From the IMG/VR virus record IMGVR_UViG_2061766007_000756: a DNA stretch of 64,000 nt. One strand, given 5' to 3'. The stretch's first letter is position 1, and every line of letters starts with the position of its first letter. Positions 47,079 through 59,605 of this stretch are shown piece by piece. A model generated the notes under the pieces. It saw nothing but the letters and a program-made list of their open reading frames with translations, did not search any database and had not been told where the DNA came from. The position numbers were made by a program, and so were the translations under genes. This stretch comes from an uncultured virus (IMG/VR IMGVR_UViG_2061766007_000756). Its lineage: Duplodnaviria > Heunggongvirae > Uroviricota > Caudoviricetes.

Positions 47079-47487
47079 GAGTATTGGCTTTAGATTAGGC
47101 CAGTCGCATATCGGGGTATTCAATATTTGATGGTAAAAATTTAATAGCCAGCGGCACTATTCCTCTGGCTGATGACCATTTTGGTCAAAGACTTTTTAAT
47201 TTACGATAGAGAGTTATTGATTTATACAAACAATATAATGTTGATTTCATTCTATTGGAAGATATACAATTATAGCAAAATGCCGAAACGCATAAACTTC
47301 TTGGAGAAGTTCTCGGGACATTAGAAGAATTGGCTGTAGAATTAGTTGGGACTAACTACGAGGTAATTCCAAGTGTTCGCTGGAAGTCTGGATTGAAAAT
47401 TAAAGGCAAGCAAAGACCTGAATAGAAGCGTAATGCGCAGGCATATGTGTTAGAACATTTTAATAAGAAAGTTACTCAAGATGAAAG
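47075..47487 (+). CDS. RuvC-like Holliday junction resolvase; 4 TAG=Gln
   Basis: LRVLALD(TAG)ASRISGYS, LLEDIQ, RWKS; TAG at 47096, 47207, 47273, 47423; absent from the ORF track. Confidence 0.8.
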
Positions 47488-47497
47488 NNNNNNNNNN

Positions 47498-47726
47498 TTA
47501 ACTTCTTTGTAAGAGTAGCAACTTGCGACAAGGACAAAACAGGAAGTCCGTCTACATCTCCGAACTCTTGAATCATCTTGCGGCATTGTACATCATAAGA
47601 AGGAATAACTGTGTCCTCTGCAGCATATAGGTCGTACCCGGCTGCATGCGCAGTGGCTCTTTGCGGCAGAGCAAATGCTACATTGGTTAAGTCTTTAAAT
47701 CGAGAAACTAATTCGAATTTCGCCAT
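47498..47726 (-). CDS. dut: dUTPase N-terminal part
   Basis: LPQRATAHAAGYDL. Confidence 0.85.
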
Positions 47727-47727
47727 A

Positions 47728-47967
47728 TTACACCTCGTAACTAACAGATGCAAATCCTTCTGGTTCTTTCTCCTTGGTGAACTGACGATTAAGTGTTACA
47801 AGATACCAGCTATCAACCACTTCGCCCTTAGCGGTCTTTTCTTTATAAACGCAACTATACTTCAGCACTTCGCCGCAACCATCAGCCTTGGCTTCTTCAA
47901 TCAGCTGCTTTGCGGCAGCTTCGTCATCAACTCGATAAACTTCTTGTGTTTTAATTAAATATGCCAT
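47728..47967 (-). CDS. Hypothetical protein
   Basis: 79 aa, coupled ORF. Confidence 0.65.
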   Translation of the reverse strand: MAYLIKTQEVYRVDDEAAAKQLIEEAKADGCGEVLKYSCVYKEKTAKGEVVDSWYLVTLNRQFTKEKEPEGFASVSYEV

Positions 47968-47968
47968 A

Positions 47969-48238
47969 TTAACCTCTTTCTACAATAATAACTTTGATTG
48001 GTTCTCTATTTTCATATAACGTCGATGCAAAATCTTTAATATCATCGGCGACCTTGTGACACATTACGGACGGGCCATTTAAATAAACTTCATTTTCGTC
48101 ATAGCCATAATAATATCCGCAAATGGTCTCAGGAAGTTTTTCAATTTCTACATGGAGCATTGCCTTATCTTTGCCCTGCTCGTCTAAAGCGACTACTGTT
48201 TGATTTCTCAATCCTAATTGCAAATTACAAACTAACAT
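47969..48238 (-). CDS. Hypothetical protein
   Basis: 89 aa, coupled ORF. Confidence 0.6.
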   Translation of the reverse strand: MLVCNLQLGLRNQTVVALDEQGKDKAMLHVEIEKLPETICGYYYGYDENEVYLNGPSVMCHKVADDIKDFASTLYENREPIKVIIVERG

Positions 48239-48768
48239 TATGATATACCCTCCACTACTCCATTACTGTAATAGAATAATACATAGCATTCTGTCGATTC
48301 ATCATCTGTAATCCAGATTTCAACATGCTTGCCGTCTTCAGACACAGTAACGTCTTTTACTCGGCCTAAACCTTCCAATATCTCCATAATANNNNNNNNN
48401 NNNNNNNNNCTCTTTTCATCATGATGGAAAATAGTAATATAGTGTTTAGGCCAACAAATCAATGCCCAATAATTATGTTCTATATCAGAATGATTAAAAT
48501 CTTCACCTAAGAACTTATAAATCTCTGCATGGGCATATCTTAAAGCTTCATCAGTCATTGGCTCAAGTTGAGCGAAAATATTTTGATTTATTTCATATAG
48601 TGTAATCTTTAAACCATCGCCCTCAATCTTCACAGGAGCCCAGGCCTGGTTGGCCGCACTATACTGATACATTTTCCCTTCATCTTTTACCAAAGCATAT
48701 TCTTTATCCGCAGGAGTATTAGGAAGTATATCTAAAATCTTCTTATTAGGTACATTAATCATAATCAT
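48238..48768 (-). CDS. Hypothetical protein
   Basis: AAGGAG RBS, sigmaA promoter 48784-48812. Confidence 0.7.
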   Translation of the reverse strand: MIMINVPNKKILDILPNTPADKEYALVKDEGKMYQYSAANQAWAPVKIEGDGLKITLYEINQNIFAQLEPMTDEALRYAHAEIYKFLGEDFNHSDIEHNYWALICWPKHYITIFHHDEKXXXXXXXIMEILEGLGRVKDVTVSEDGKHVEIWITDDESTECYVLFYYSNGVVEGIS

Positions 48769-48800
48769 TCTCCTTCTGATAATATTATAACATATTTTTT

Positions 48801-49254
48801 TTAATTAGACAACTCTATAATCTGTTGGNNNNNNNNNNNNNNNNNGAGCTGCCACGCATTGGTAATGTAATATCTCTTAAAGCCTCAACATAAGGCCCAG
48901 TCACAAATCCATTAACAGTTTTAATTAAATGAAGTGTGCGCGGGTCACATCTATTAAGAATGTCTTCAGCTTCATAGCCTGTCCATATCCAAATTTTAGT
49001 ATCTGGAAGTTTAGCTTTTACTTCGCGCACAATCATATCTGTTAAAAATAAATTAGAATCGCACATAGGCTCACCGCCCATGATACATAATGTACGATGA
49101 ATACCATTGGCAGTTAAGCCTTTAATAACTTCATCTATTACTTCTGGAGTAAATTCCTTTCCACCTTCAAANNNNNNNNNNNNNNNNNNNNNNNNNNNNN
49201 NNNNNNNNNNNNNNNNNNNNNNNNNNNATTTTTTATAATTCCTGCGTATCGCAT
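48801..49254 (-). CDS. nrdG: Anaerobic RNR activase
   Basis: MRYAGIIKN, GGEP, IWIWTGY, GPY, RGS. Confidence 0.85.
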
Positions 49255-49265
49255 GCTGCACCTCC

Positions 49266-50857
49266 TTACTCCATATATCCAGTATGTTTTACTCTGTGTT
49301 CTACTTCATCTTGCTTTCCTAAATTGAAAGCAGTTTTGTAATTACCAGTTAAATATCCAGTAACACGGCGCAACTGCTGAATATGATGGCTGCCGCACAT
49401 AGGACAGGTATCATTAAATTCTCCAGTATAGCCGCACTCAAGGCAAGTGTCATTTGGAACATTGACCGCAAAATATGGAATATCATGATTCATAGCATAC
49501 ATGACTACTTCTTCAAGAGCATCAATGTTTTTAATAACTGAAGACTCTAATTCAACATATGTAATGCATCCAGCACTTGAATATCCTGTTAATTGAGATT
49601 CAATATCAATCTTATCAAAAGGACTAATCTGTTTCCATNNNNNNNNNNNNNGAAATCTTTATCAGAAATATCTTTAATAATTCCATACTTATCTCTAAAT
49701 TTCTTTAAAGCAGTATAGCAAAGATTCTCTGCCGGAGTATAATAAACGCCAAAATTTAAATGATATTGTTGTTTAAATTCGGCAACTCTATCTTTAAATA
49801 ATTGCTCAATTCGTTTAGCTAATTCCATTCCTTCTGGAGTGGTATGGTCTGTACCAATTAAAATTTGTAAAGCTTCAGCTAAACCAAGTTGTCCAATTAC
49901 GATTGTGCCATGCTTCAAAGCAGAACGAATTCCTTCTTCAGGGTGGTATCCAAGCATCGTACCATTCTCATACATGAATTTGGCACTTGATGCAGGTTGA
50001 GAGCAAATCCATTCAAATCTTNNNNNNNNNNNNNNNNNNNNNNNNNNNNNNNNNNNNNNNNNNNNNNNNNNNNNNNNNNNNNNNNNNNNNNNNNNNNNNN
50101 NNNNNNNNNNNGAATAATAGTAACAGGACAAATATTTCCCCGACCGTCCTTTGTTTGAGGATTAGTTCCTTCCTCCGCATTAATATCAAATCCGTTGGCT
50201 GTTCTGCATCCCATGGTAGAAAAATAAGTTTTGGGATCGTTGNNNNNNNNNNNNNNNNNNNNNNNNNNNNNNNNNNNNNNNNNNNNNNNNNNNNNNNNNN
50301 NNNNNNNNNNNNNNNNNNNNNNNNNNNNNNNNNNNNNNNNNNNNNNNNNNNNACAAGGGAAAATTGAAGTTTTGTGAAGTGCGCCCAGGCCTTCGATCGA
50401 CACGTCTAGTAATGCCTTCGTAACCATCCGGCCTTCTGGAAGTGTACAGGTGCCATAGTTAATACTTGTGAATGGCAACTGATTTCCACTTCTGGATTGA
50501 AGGGTATTAAGATTATGATACATACCTTCAACAGCTTGATGAGTTTCACGAATGGTCATATCCATAGCATAGCTATAAGCATATCTATATGGCTCTTTAT
50601 AACGAATATCTTCAATAGACATTTTATTATTTATATTTAAGGCGTGTTCATCTCCAAGTGGATCTTCAATATAATGAAGTCCATCAATAAAGTGTTTATA
50701 AAAACTCTTACGCACATATGGAACCATTGTCCAGTCTAAGTGTGTTGCAGAAACGCCACCAAACTGTTGCAGACTTTGAAGCTGGAAAATAACAGCAACA
50801 AGTTGCATGGCTGTGTTAATAGAATTAGCTGGCCGCACGTCAGTTTGACGAGTATTA
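49266..50857 (-). CDS. nrdD: Anaerobic ribonucleotide reductase, central and C-terminal part
   Basis: QFGG, RSGNQLPFTSINYG, MGCR, TPAE, CLECG..CPMCG, RRVTGYL. Confidence 0.92.
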
Positions 50858-50914
50858 NNNNNNNNNNAAATTAGTTCCCGCATTTTACCGCTCCTTTCCT
50901 ATTCTTACATATAT

Positions 50915-50943
50915 ATTATAACAAATTTTTTCTAAAAAATCAA
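50915..50943 (-). promoter_or_regulatory. sigmaA-type promoter for a gene starting at 50883 (rest not adjacent)
   Basis: TTGATT-17-TATAAT, AAAGGAG RBS. Confidence 0.7.
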
Positions 50944-51048
50944 ATCAAGAACTTTTCGTGCGGCTATGGTCATTTCTCTTTAAAAGGCTCTTAATGTTTT
51001 TTAAGATATATTGGATAATAANNNNNNNNNNNNNNNNNNNNNNNNNNG

Positions 51049-51360
51049 TCGCGAGCGATAGAAAATTATATTTGTGCGAGCGAAGATCGCCCGCACTACA
51101 ATAATGAAACATGGGAACTATATGGATTTTGGTACCCAATGAGATCACCCAAAGTTATTACCATTAATAATATTACAAAAATTGAACAAACAATATCTCA
51201 AGACCAAATTAATGAGATGATTGACGCTCGTATTCCAGAAGTTGTAGAAACTGTGGCCACCGAAGTTGTTGATACAGTAGTTCCTTCAATCAAAGAAGTC
51301 CATGGCGGCACCGCTTCAGAAGTTATGTTTGATGACGATGATGAAGAAGAGGGAGGCTAA
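51049..51360 (+). CDS. Structural-module protein, C-terminal part
   Basis: Frame open from gap to TAA 51360. Confidence 0.6.
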   Translation, partial: SRAIENYICASEDRPHYNNETWELYGFWYPMRSPKVITINNITKIEQTISQDQINEMIDARIPEVVETVATEVVDTVVPSIKEVHGGTASEVMFDDDDEEEGG

Positions 51361-51362
51361 TA

Positions 51363-51884
51363 ATGGAGAAAAGAAGGATTGAAGCAACGATCCGTTTGCG
51401 CAGAGATAATGATTATAATTACGAAGCGATTAAAGATAAATTCGTTCCCGCAAGCGGTGAAGTTGTTTTTGTTGATACTGCTACTACCGGCCTTCGCGCA
51501 AAAGTTGGTGATGGGATAAGCACATATGCTCAATTACCATTCCTTGATGAAGATATTAGAAATCCGGTGCAACAAGGATACTATGTTGATGGTGTTTTTT
51601 ATAAAGATGCTACATTAAATACACCATTTCCGCAAGTGGCCAATAAAATCTATATAGACAAACCACATAGTAAAATTTATTATTTTAACGGCGAGGTTTA
51701 CATTCCTTTAAATGCTGAATTAACTACAGCTTCGAGTGACATCGCCGGCGTTATGAAATTGTATAGTACAATGGGTCAAAATACTGATGGAACTATGACT
51801 CAAAAAAGCATCACAGATGAATTAGTAGTAAGGTTCAAAACAGATGTTGATGCTGATAATGAATTGTTGATTTTTACTTTATAA
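51363..51884 (+). CDS. Tail-associated protein
   Basis: IRLRRD, P.SGE, KVGDG...Y.QLPF, GQNTDGTMTQK. Confidence 0.7.
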   Translation: MEKRRIEATIRLRRDNDYNYEAIKDKFVPASGEVVFVDTATTGLRAKVGDGISTYAQLPFLDEDIRNPVQQGYYVDGVFYKDATLNTPFPQVANKIYIDKPHSKIYYFNGEVYIPLNAELTTASSDIAGVMKLYSTMGQNTDGTMTQKSITDELVVRFKTDVDADNELLIFTL

Positions 51885-51901
51885 TAAGGAGGATATGAAA
51901 T

Positions 51902-53181
51902 ATGGCACAAACATACACTCATACACCAGTACTTTCTAAAGTAAAGTTGGGAAATACTACTTACTACTTAAAAGATGCTGATGTACGTGCTATTTTAGAT
52001 ACATTTGGAAGTATTGTAACTTATGATAAAGCTGCCACTATTGCCGATGGCGGTACTGGTATTCCAAATGCTGATCAAGTTTATGATTTTGTTATTAATC
52101 AGGTTGCTTCAGTTGGTAAAGCTCTGAATTTAATTGCGGCGACCGACCATACTGCTGTCACAGAGCCAGCTATTGGCGACTTCGTAGTTGAAGATGACGG
52201 CAAAGAATGGTTATATGATGGCCATGAATGGCGTCAAGTCGGTGATGAAGCTTCTTATGTCGTAAAGACAAGAACAATCGCCGGTATTGATTTACAAGAT
52301 AATATTACTGTTGCTGAATTACAACAAGCTTTAGAATTAAAGTCTCTTGCTTTTAAAGACAATGGTTCTGTTGCTATTACCACAGTTGATAGCATTAATT
52401 CATTTAGCACAGGCAAGGCCGGTTCTTATAATGTAAGTTCTACTCCTGTAGCAGTTCCTGCAACATATGATTCTCTTGATGTAACTCCGGCCGGTTCTGT
52501 TACGATTACTGCGGGGACCGCTGCTGCTGCCAGCTATGACAAGACCACTAGTGTCTCTATAGCGACCGNNNNNNNNNNNNNNNNNNNNNNNNNNNNNNNN
52601 CTCCAGCCGGTAGCGTTTCTGTAACAAATGTTACAGTTACTCCTTCTACTGGTAATGTTGCAACTGTTACCAATGCTGGCACTGCATATCAATTAACTGC
52701 TGGTAGCGTATCTCAAGCTGCTGATACCACTGGTACATTCGCTACTGAAGGTTATGTTGCTACTGTTGGTACTGGTGATGATGCTGAAACATTAATTCTT
52801 ACAGCTGCTTCCACCAGTTCTGCTGTTACCGCCTCTGGCGCTGTAACTTACACAGACCCTACATTAAGTGGTGCACTTCCTACTTTTGGTACTCAAAGTG
52901 TTGTTACTGGTATTTCTGGTGCTTCAGCAAGCGCCTCTTTCTCTGGTGAAGGCGTTATGATTAATGCAACTCCAAGTAGCACATCTACTGCTGCAACTAT
53001 GACCCAGCCTACATTTACTGGTAGTTTCTCTGGTACTTCAAAGAGTGTTACTCCTACTGTTGCTACCACCAAGAATGCAGCTGGTACAGATGGCGCAATC
53101 ACTGTTGCATCTGAAACCATTACTCCAACCTTCACAAGTTCTGAAAAGACTGCTCAGGTTACTTTTGGAGTAAACTCATAA
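51902..53181 (+). CDS. Thr/Ser/Ala-rich structural (fibre/decoration) protein
   Basis: AAGGAGG RBS, TYYLKDADVR, TPAGSV and QPTFTG repeats; gap-split. Confidence 0.7.
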
Positions 53182-53269
53182 TTTGAATTCATAATTTCTT
53201 GAAATGACAGAAATTACATATAAAAAATAAATTATAGAACTTTGAAATGATAGGGGATATAATTTTTTC

Positions 53270-53310
53270 TCGGGTAGAGGATAATTATGTCCTCTACCCG
53301 TTTTTTGTTT
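53270..53310 (+). terminator. Rho-independent terminator
   Basis: CGGGTAGAGGA/TCCTCTACCCG plus T tract. Confidence 0.8.
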
Positions 53311-53323
53311 TTAGGAGAAATTT

Positions 53324-53551
53324 ATGAATAAAGAACAAGTATTTATTAAAAGTGATACAGAAGAAAATTGGAATAAAGCAAAGAACTTTATTCCAAAAGA
53401 GAATGAAATTATTTTATATACCAATTTTGAGCCTAATGGTGTAAAAATTGGTGATGGTAAAACTAAAGTAAAAGATCTTCCTTTTGTAAATAATGCAGAA
53501 TATTTCGTGGAAGAAGATACTTTAGTAATAAATACGAAAGGGGGCTTGTAA
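53324..53551 (+). CDS. Small tail-associated protein
   Basis: DTEENW..A.NFIP...E, KIGDG.T...DLPF. Confidence 0.65.
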   Translation: MNKEQVFIKSDTEENWNKAKNFIPKENEIILYTNFEPNGVKIGDGKTKVKDLPFVNNAEYFVEEDTLVINTKGGL

Positions 53552-53554
53552 TAA

Positions 53555-55987
53555 ATGGCATTTTACCTTTCAAAAATTCGATTAAATGGTAATACATATA
53601 ATTTAAAAGATGCATAGGCTAGAACCGATATTGATCATTTGCCAGAGTGGTCACGACAATCGACTAAGCCAACCTATACTGCGGCAGAAGTAGGGGCTTT
53701 GCCAGATACTTACACTGCACCAGTAACGAGCGTAAACGGACAAACTGGAGCCGTTACATTAACAATTCCAGACGCTGATGATCACAAATGGAATGATGTA
53801 AGTTTAAATAAAACTAATTCAGTATCTTAGCAAGACATTTATATTCCATTTATTGGGTCTGCTTCTGCCACAAGTGCTTCAATAACGCCAGCAGTTTCTG
53901 GTAAATCTGGAGTAAATGCAGCAAATAGAATAGCAAAATATGATAATTCTGGTTATCTTTCATCAACAACTCCATCAGCCAATGATAATTCTACCAAGGT
54001 AGCCACTACGGCATACGTTGATGCAGCTATTCCTTCTGTACCATCTTGGGCTTTAGAATCTACAAAACCAACATATACAGCAAGTGAAGTTGGAGCATTA
54101 CCAGATACTTATACTGCGCCAGTAANNNNNNNNNNAGTGATGAAAAATTAAAAACAACATCATTAACAACCACTGGCGTTACAAGATATTTAATTTTAGG
54201 AGAAAATTCTGTAAATGCAAGTACAAAAGAATATACGAATCTTTTATCTTTTACAAAGTATTCAGATACTTNNNNNNNNNNTGCTGCTAATAGCTATACT
54301 GATTTAATTTCATCTGCAACTGGTGGAGCAAAATCTGTTCAATTACCTAATGCAACAGGTACGTTAGCTTTAACTTCTGATATAGATAATACAAAATTAC
54401 AAACAACCGTTGGATCTGACAATACTGAGTATAATCTTATTGGTACTGCAACTTCTAATACAAACACTTCAGCAGTTAATATATATAACCCTGGGTCTAT
54501 TTCATTTGCTAAAACAGCAAATGAAGGTCGTTTAACTCTTGGTAGTAGCTCACTTCCAGGTAAAATTCGTTTATATTCCAATGTTACAAATGCTACTGGA
54601 TATACTGATTTAGTATCTGGAGCAACTTCTACAAATACTAGAACAATCACATTCCCTGATGCAACCGGTACTGTTGCATTAACAACCGATATTCCTTCAG
54701 TGCCGTCCTGGGCTATGCAATCGTCAAAGCCAAGCTATGCGTTCTCTGAACTAACCTCACATCCTACTACAATCAATGATTATGGTATTACTGATGCATA
54801 TACAAAAACTGAAGTAGATGGATTAGTTAGTGGAGTACTTCATTATAAAGGTACAAAAGCTAATACAAATGCTCTTCCTAGCAGTGGCAATGTAGTTGGT
54901 GATGTCTGGCATATTACTGCTGATGGTAGTGAATGGGCATGGGATGGTACTGAATGGCAAGAACTTGGTAGCACAGTTGATTTGAGTGGCTATTTGCAAA
55001 CTGGGGATATTGCAGCCTGGGCTAAGGCGAGCACAAAGCCTAGCTACACTGCCAGTGAGGTGGGCGCACTTTCTTCTACTACTTCATATGTAAGTTCATT
55101 TAATGGACAAAGTGGGGCTATTACTTATGTTGCACCTGTTACAAGTGTTAATGGACAAACTGGAGCAGTTACTATTACAGAAGATGACCATAAATGGAAT
55201 GATGTCGTTTTAACTAAAGGGTCTAATTATGTTAATACTGGAGAGTGTTATATTCCTTATTTAGATAGCTGGAATCACACTGTTGCTTATACTGGAAAAG
55301 CAACTGCTGTTCCAACAGCAAAACTTTTTGTTAAATATGACAATAATGGATATCTTAATTCAATAACTCCATCGGCCAATGATAACTCAACAAAAGTTGC
55401 TACTACAGCATATGTTGATGCAGCTATTCCCTCTGTACCATCTTGGGCTTTAGAATCTACAAAGCCAACCTATACGGCTTCANNNNNNNNNNNNNNNNNN
55501 NNNNNNNNNNNNNNNNNNAAATGGTGCAACATCTTCAACAGTAAGTGTTAGTACTGTAAATGGTACTATATTAACATATGATGGTGATCAAGGCGGCTCT
55601 AGTGGTATAACATTAGGTGGAAATCAAATTACTATAAAGACAAGACCAGGGTCTGGAACTTCTCAAAACAACTTAACCATTTCTGGTGGATAGATTTCTG
55701 GTTTGGTAACTCCGACAGCTGACACTATGGCTGCAAATAAAAAATATGTTGATGATGCTGTTGCTAATGCTAGTGGCGTTACAGTTACACAAACTCTTAC
55801 TTCTGGTACAAAGATTGGTGAAGTCAATAGCACTGCATTATATGCGCCAGCTGCATACGATGACACAGCCCTGGCCGCACGTGTCACTGCTCTTGAACAA
55901 ACTGCATGGTACCGCTATTATACGGGCTCTAGTACGCCAAGTAATTCAATGGGGAATAATGGAGATTTATATTTCCAAACTGAATAA
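53555..55987 (+). CDS. Tail fibre protein; TAG=Gln at 53615, 53828, 55691
   Basis: KP.YTA.EVGA, VTSVNGQTGAV, DNSTKVATTAYV repeats; ends G.NGDLYFQ. Confidence 0.75.
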
Positions 55988-56000
55988 GGAGGGATAAGAT

Positions 56001-58263
56001 ATGTCAAGACCTATTAATGTATCTGATACGCTTACTACTATCCCTTCATCATTTGATAGTGTAAACTCTAGTTATAGTAGTGTTTATAGCAGTTTAGAGC
56101 CTTCAAATGGTTTAACTGCTGCAGATTCAAATACTCGTACTTGCGTTTATTCTAATACAACAGCATATAGTACATCAGTATTATGGTATAATTTTGATTG
56201 TAGTGGAGTTCCAGAAGGGGCAACCATTACTTCTGTTAGCTGTCGAGCAAGTGCTGCTTGCTACAATAGTGGCTCTTACTTTACAACCAGAAACTTACAA
56301 TTATTTGTGGGTACTACTGTTGCCAAAGGAAATCCTGTAACTATTACTGGTAATGGTGGTACTGCCACTCAACATACTTTAGACTGTGGCAGTAATTGGA
56401 CTAGAAGCGATTTAGATAATTTAAAAATTCGAATATATGTTCAAAGAGGATCTCAAACTAGTGCTGCTTCATTTAGTTTTTGGGGCGCAACTTTAACCAT
56501 TAATTATACCATTAGTGGTATAGCTTATACCATTGGCGCAACCAGTAATATAAGTGGAATAACAGTTGAACCCGCAACACAAGAAAAAATGAATGGAGAG
56601 TCAGCCACAGTTTCAATATATGCTTCTTCTTTAGAAGACGTATCTATAACAGATAATGATATAGATATAACTGATCGATTAGAATAGCATGCAATTCCAA
56701 CTGGGGCTTCTGTCAATAGAGATCTCGGTTCATATACTTTAGTTAGTGGCGGCATTAATGGCCAGGGCGCTTCATATTTCAAAAGTTTGGTCGGAAAAGG
56801 TGTAAATAATACAAAAACTACTTCTAACTACTATTCTAGTGGAAATGGTACAATTGCAGTATTTACATATGATATGTCTTTTACAGATATTCCATCTAAT
56901 GCTACTATTACAAGTGTATATTGTGAAGTAAATGGACATGCTGAATCAACTTCAAATAATAATGAATATATGTGTGTTCGCTTAATTAGTGGAAGCACTA
57001 ATCTTACTAATGAATTAAATTTCAAAAGTATAGGGACTTCAAATAGCACGCAAACTCTTACTTGTAACACTTTGCCTACAATCGCTCAATTGGCGAGTAT
57101 GAAATTACAATGTCGTTTAGGATACTATGGTGGTGCGATTAACGGTGCTACTTGTTATGTTGAATATGATATACCTGGTAGTGGTGGATATTATTGGACT
57201 TATACCATAGAAAACTTATCTGCTGATCATGTTATTTTAATCGATGAAGCCGGAGTATATATTCCTCCAGAAGAAGATCCGCAATATACATATCAATCAC
57301 TTACAATTTCATCTATTAATGCGACAACAGACCCTTGGTCTGGGACTACTCGCGTTATTACTGGAAGTAATCAAACAATTACTATTTCACCAACAGATCC
57401 GCAATTAACATTGGCATTGGATAATGGTGTTGATATTACTTCTCAATTGGTTGATGGGACCCCAACAAATACTTATACAGTAACTGAACAAGTATCTGGA
57501 GCAAGATATGGATTTTAGTTTAATTCATCTACTGGATATTACGTATCTACGAATGATAATGTAAATAAATCGGCATCAGTTGCACGATTAAATATGGATT
57601 TTGAAAGTGATTGTATCGTTACTATTCAATATATTAACTATGCAGAAGCAAATTATGACTATGGTATGTTTGGTAAACTTGATACTGAAGTTGCAACAGA
57701 CGGTTTAACCGCAAGGAGTAATTCATCATCTCCATCAGATAGTACATCAAATTATCAATTAGCTATGGCTTCAAATAGCCCGAGTGCGCAAACCATATCA
57801 TATACAGTGCCTGCTGGAGAACATTTTATTGATATTAAATATGGTAAAGATGATGCTACTGCTAGCAATAATGATAATTTATAGTGGAAAGTACTAAGTA
57901 TTGAAGCAACTTCAGCTGGAGGAGATTATACATATACATTAACTAATATTACTCAAAAACATAGTTTAATATTTATTTTTGGTGATGTTGATTATTATTT
58001 TATTACATCTACTGGTACAGGATGCCGGCTATTCCCTGATGGTTAGCAAGTTAAACTTGAAGGTGATGGATATAGATTAAATATAATTCCAAATAATCTT
58101 ACTGATTAGGTAAGTATTACTGATAATAATGTTAACCAAACTTCTTTATTAGTAAAAGAAGAAGGTGTTGATAAATAGAATAATCCAGTTGTTAGTTATT
58201 CATATCAATTAAGTAATATTCAAGCGGCGCATAATCTAGTTATTACATGCGTTGCTGCGGCAG
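56001..58263 (+). CDS. Large beta-rich tail/adhesin protein; at least 6 TAG=Gln; C-terminus probably 59027..59110
   Basis: Single frame across TAG 56685, 57516, 57882, 58044, 58107, 58176; repeated P..ATITSV and ITDN..DIT modules. Confidence 0.75.
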
Positions 58264-58273
58264 NNNNNNNNNN

Positions 58274-59016
58274 GAAGCTGATGTAATAATTTGCGAAAGG
58301 ACCACTGTTATGCTCGGCGCAATACAGGCCAAGAGAAATTGCCACATTGATAGGAGCAGAGGCCTGACTACCAGTCATGGAACCAGAGGTATCCACAACA
58401 GCAATTCCATTAAAAGTTGCATTGTTGAAATAATCAGTAAGATTATCCCAATACTTATTAACCATTAGACGATCGGTATCGTCAAAGTTATAAACATAGC
58501 TACGATGTGCTACCTTTACTGCTTCAGCAACACACTCATAAGGGTAAAGTGTCTTAGCATTTACCTTCTTAGTGGTATCCTTAGCGAAATCAGCGTAAGT
58601 CTGAACATTTTCGTTCTTTGCGCGCTCCAGGTCATGACGCGCAAATGCATTCTTGTAAATCATTCCAGCACGAGAAGGAATCTTGTCAAACTCAATCTCG
58701 TCCCAGCGATTCTCGGACATAAGACGCTCAAGGACATTGATGCGCTGACGCAGCACAGACAGAGTCTTACGATACTGACGTGCGGTCATGTTGAAATAGT
58801 TGCGAGTAATACGACCCAGCTGACGGGATTCAACACTGGAAGTGTTTTCGGACTTCAGCCACTTAGCCAGCAGCGAAGGGGTCTTACACTGTACATCAAG
58901 GGCCAGCTGATGCTTCATGATAGCGAAAGCATCGGCTTCAAGACGAGTGCCAACGAACTCATAAAGGTCGTCCCAGCGACCGAATTCAGGCACATGAATG
59001 AGATTGCGGCGGGCCG
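58274..59016 (-). CDS. DUF2828-type (TROVE-like/vWA) protein, central part (misplaced contig)
   Basis: GRWDDL, LAKWL, YRK.L..LR, IPSRA, LYPYE, VVDTSGSM; overlaps 60836-60948. Confidence 0.75.
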
Positions 59017-59127
59017 NNNNNNNNNNTTAAAAGAAAATGGACGCTGGGTTGAACAAGCTTTATCTTATTTAAGTGATAATAATATAGATTTCCTTAAACA
59101 AGGTACTTAATAGAAAGGAGTCTTAAT

Positions 59128-59424
59128 ATGAAAAGACAAATTTTTGAAGTTCAAAAGAAAATGCTTGGAAGTGCCGTTGGTGGATATGTCACCAATCCTT
59201 CTGGGTATCCAAAAGTATTTGATTCACATGCTGCAGCATATGGAGATAACATTGATGCAGCATTATTGGCAGCCACGGGCGCATTTGCGGCGGCTTGGTC
59301 TGAGATTTGCACTACCACAAATGGTCGTGATATGCAAACTGTAATTTTAATGACTGCTGATGGATTTGTAATTGATAAGAAAGTTGTTGGAGCCATTCCT
59401 GAATTACCTGATGAAGAAGGTTAA
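59128..59424 (+). CDS. Hypothetical protein (tail module)
   Basis: AAAGGAG RBS. Confidence 0.65.
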   Translation: MKRQIFEVQKKMLGSAVGGYVTNPSGYPKVFDSHAAAYGDNIDAALLAATGAFAAAWSEICTTTNGRDMQTVILMTADGFVIDKKVVGAIPELPDEEG

Positions 59425-59428
59425 TTAC

Positions 59429-59605
59429 ATGACTTACACTTTACTTCAATATAAATATGAACACGGAGTTTATACTATCAAAGATATGATAGATTTTGTT
59501 GATAAAGGAATTATCACAGAAGAAGAATTTCACTCTATTACAAGATTATATTATGATGGAGTGAAATCTAATATGGAGAAAAAGGAGAGTAAGAAAAATG
59601 GCTGA
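59429..59605 (+). CDS. XkdX-like small protein
   Basis: Y..GVYT......FV.KG.ITEEEF..IT. Confidence 0.65.
   Translation: MTYTLLQYKYEHGVYTIKDMIDFVDKGIITEEEFHSITRLYYDGVKSNMEKKESKKNG

Noticed and set aside
46698..47487. 100-bp inverted repeat around dUTPase/RuvC-like segment, resembling an invertible switch
   Set aside because: Repeat copies end at N gaps; inverted contig overlap
40888..50867. nrdD halves on opposite strands and apparent nrdD-tail fibre fusion
   Set aside because: Both ends share NTRQTD at N gaps; scaffold inversion, no evidence for an invertase or trans-splicing. The MRELI start at 50883 belongs to another gene
53935..55482. Near-identical repeats in tail fibre as possible DGR template/variable pair
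   Set aside because: Differences mostly synonymous and not adenine-specific; no reverse transcriptase in window
58264..59026. vWA gene segment apparently inserted in a tail gene
   Set aside because: Gap-bounded and overlaps 60836-60948; misplaced contig
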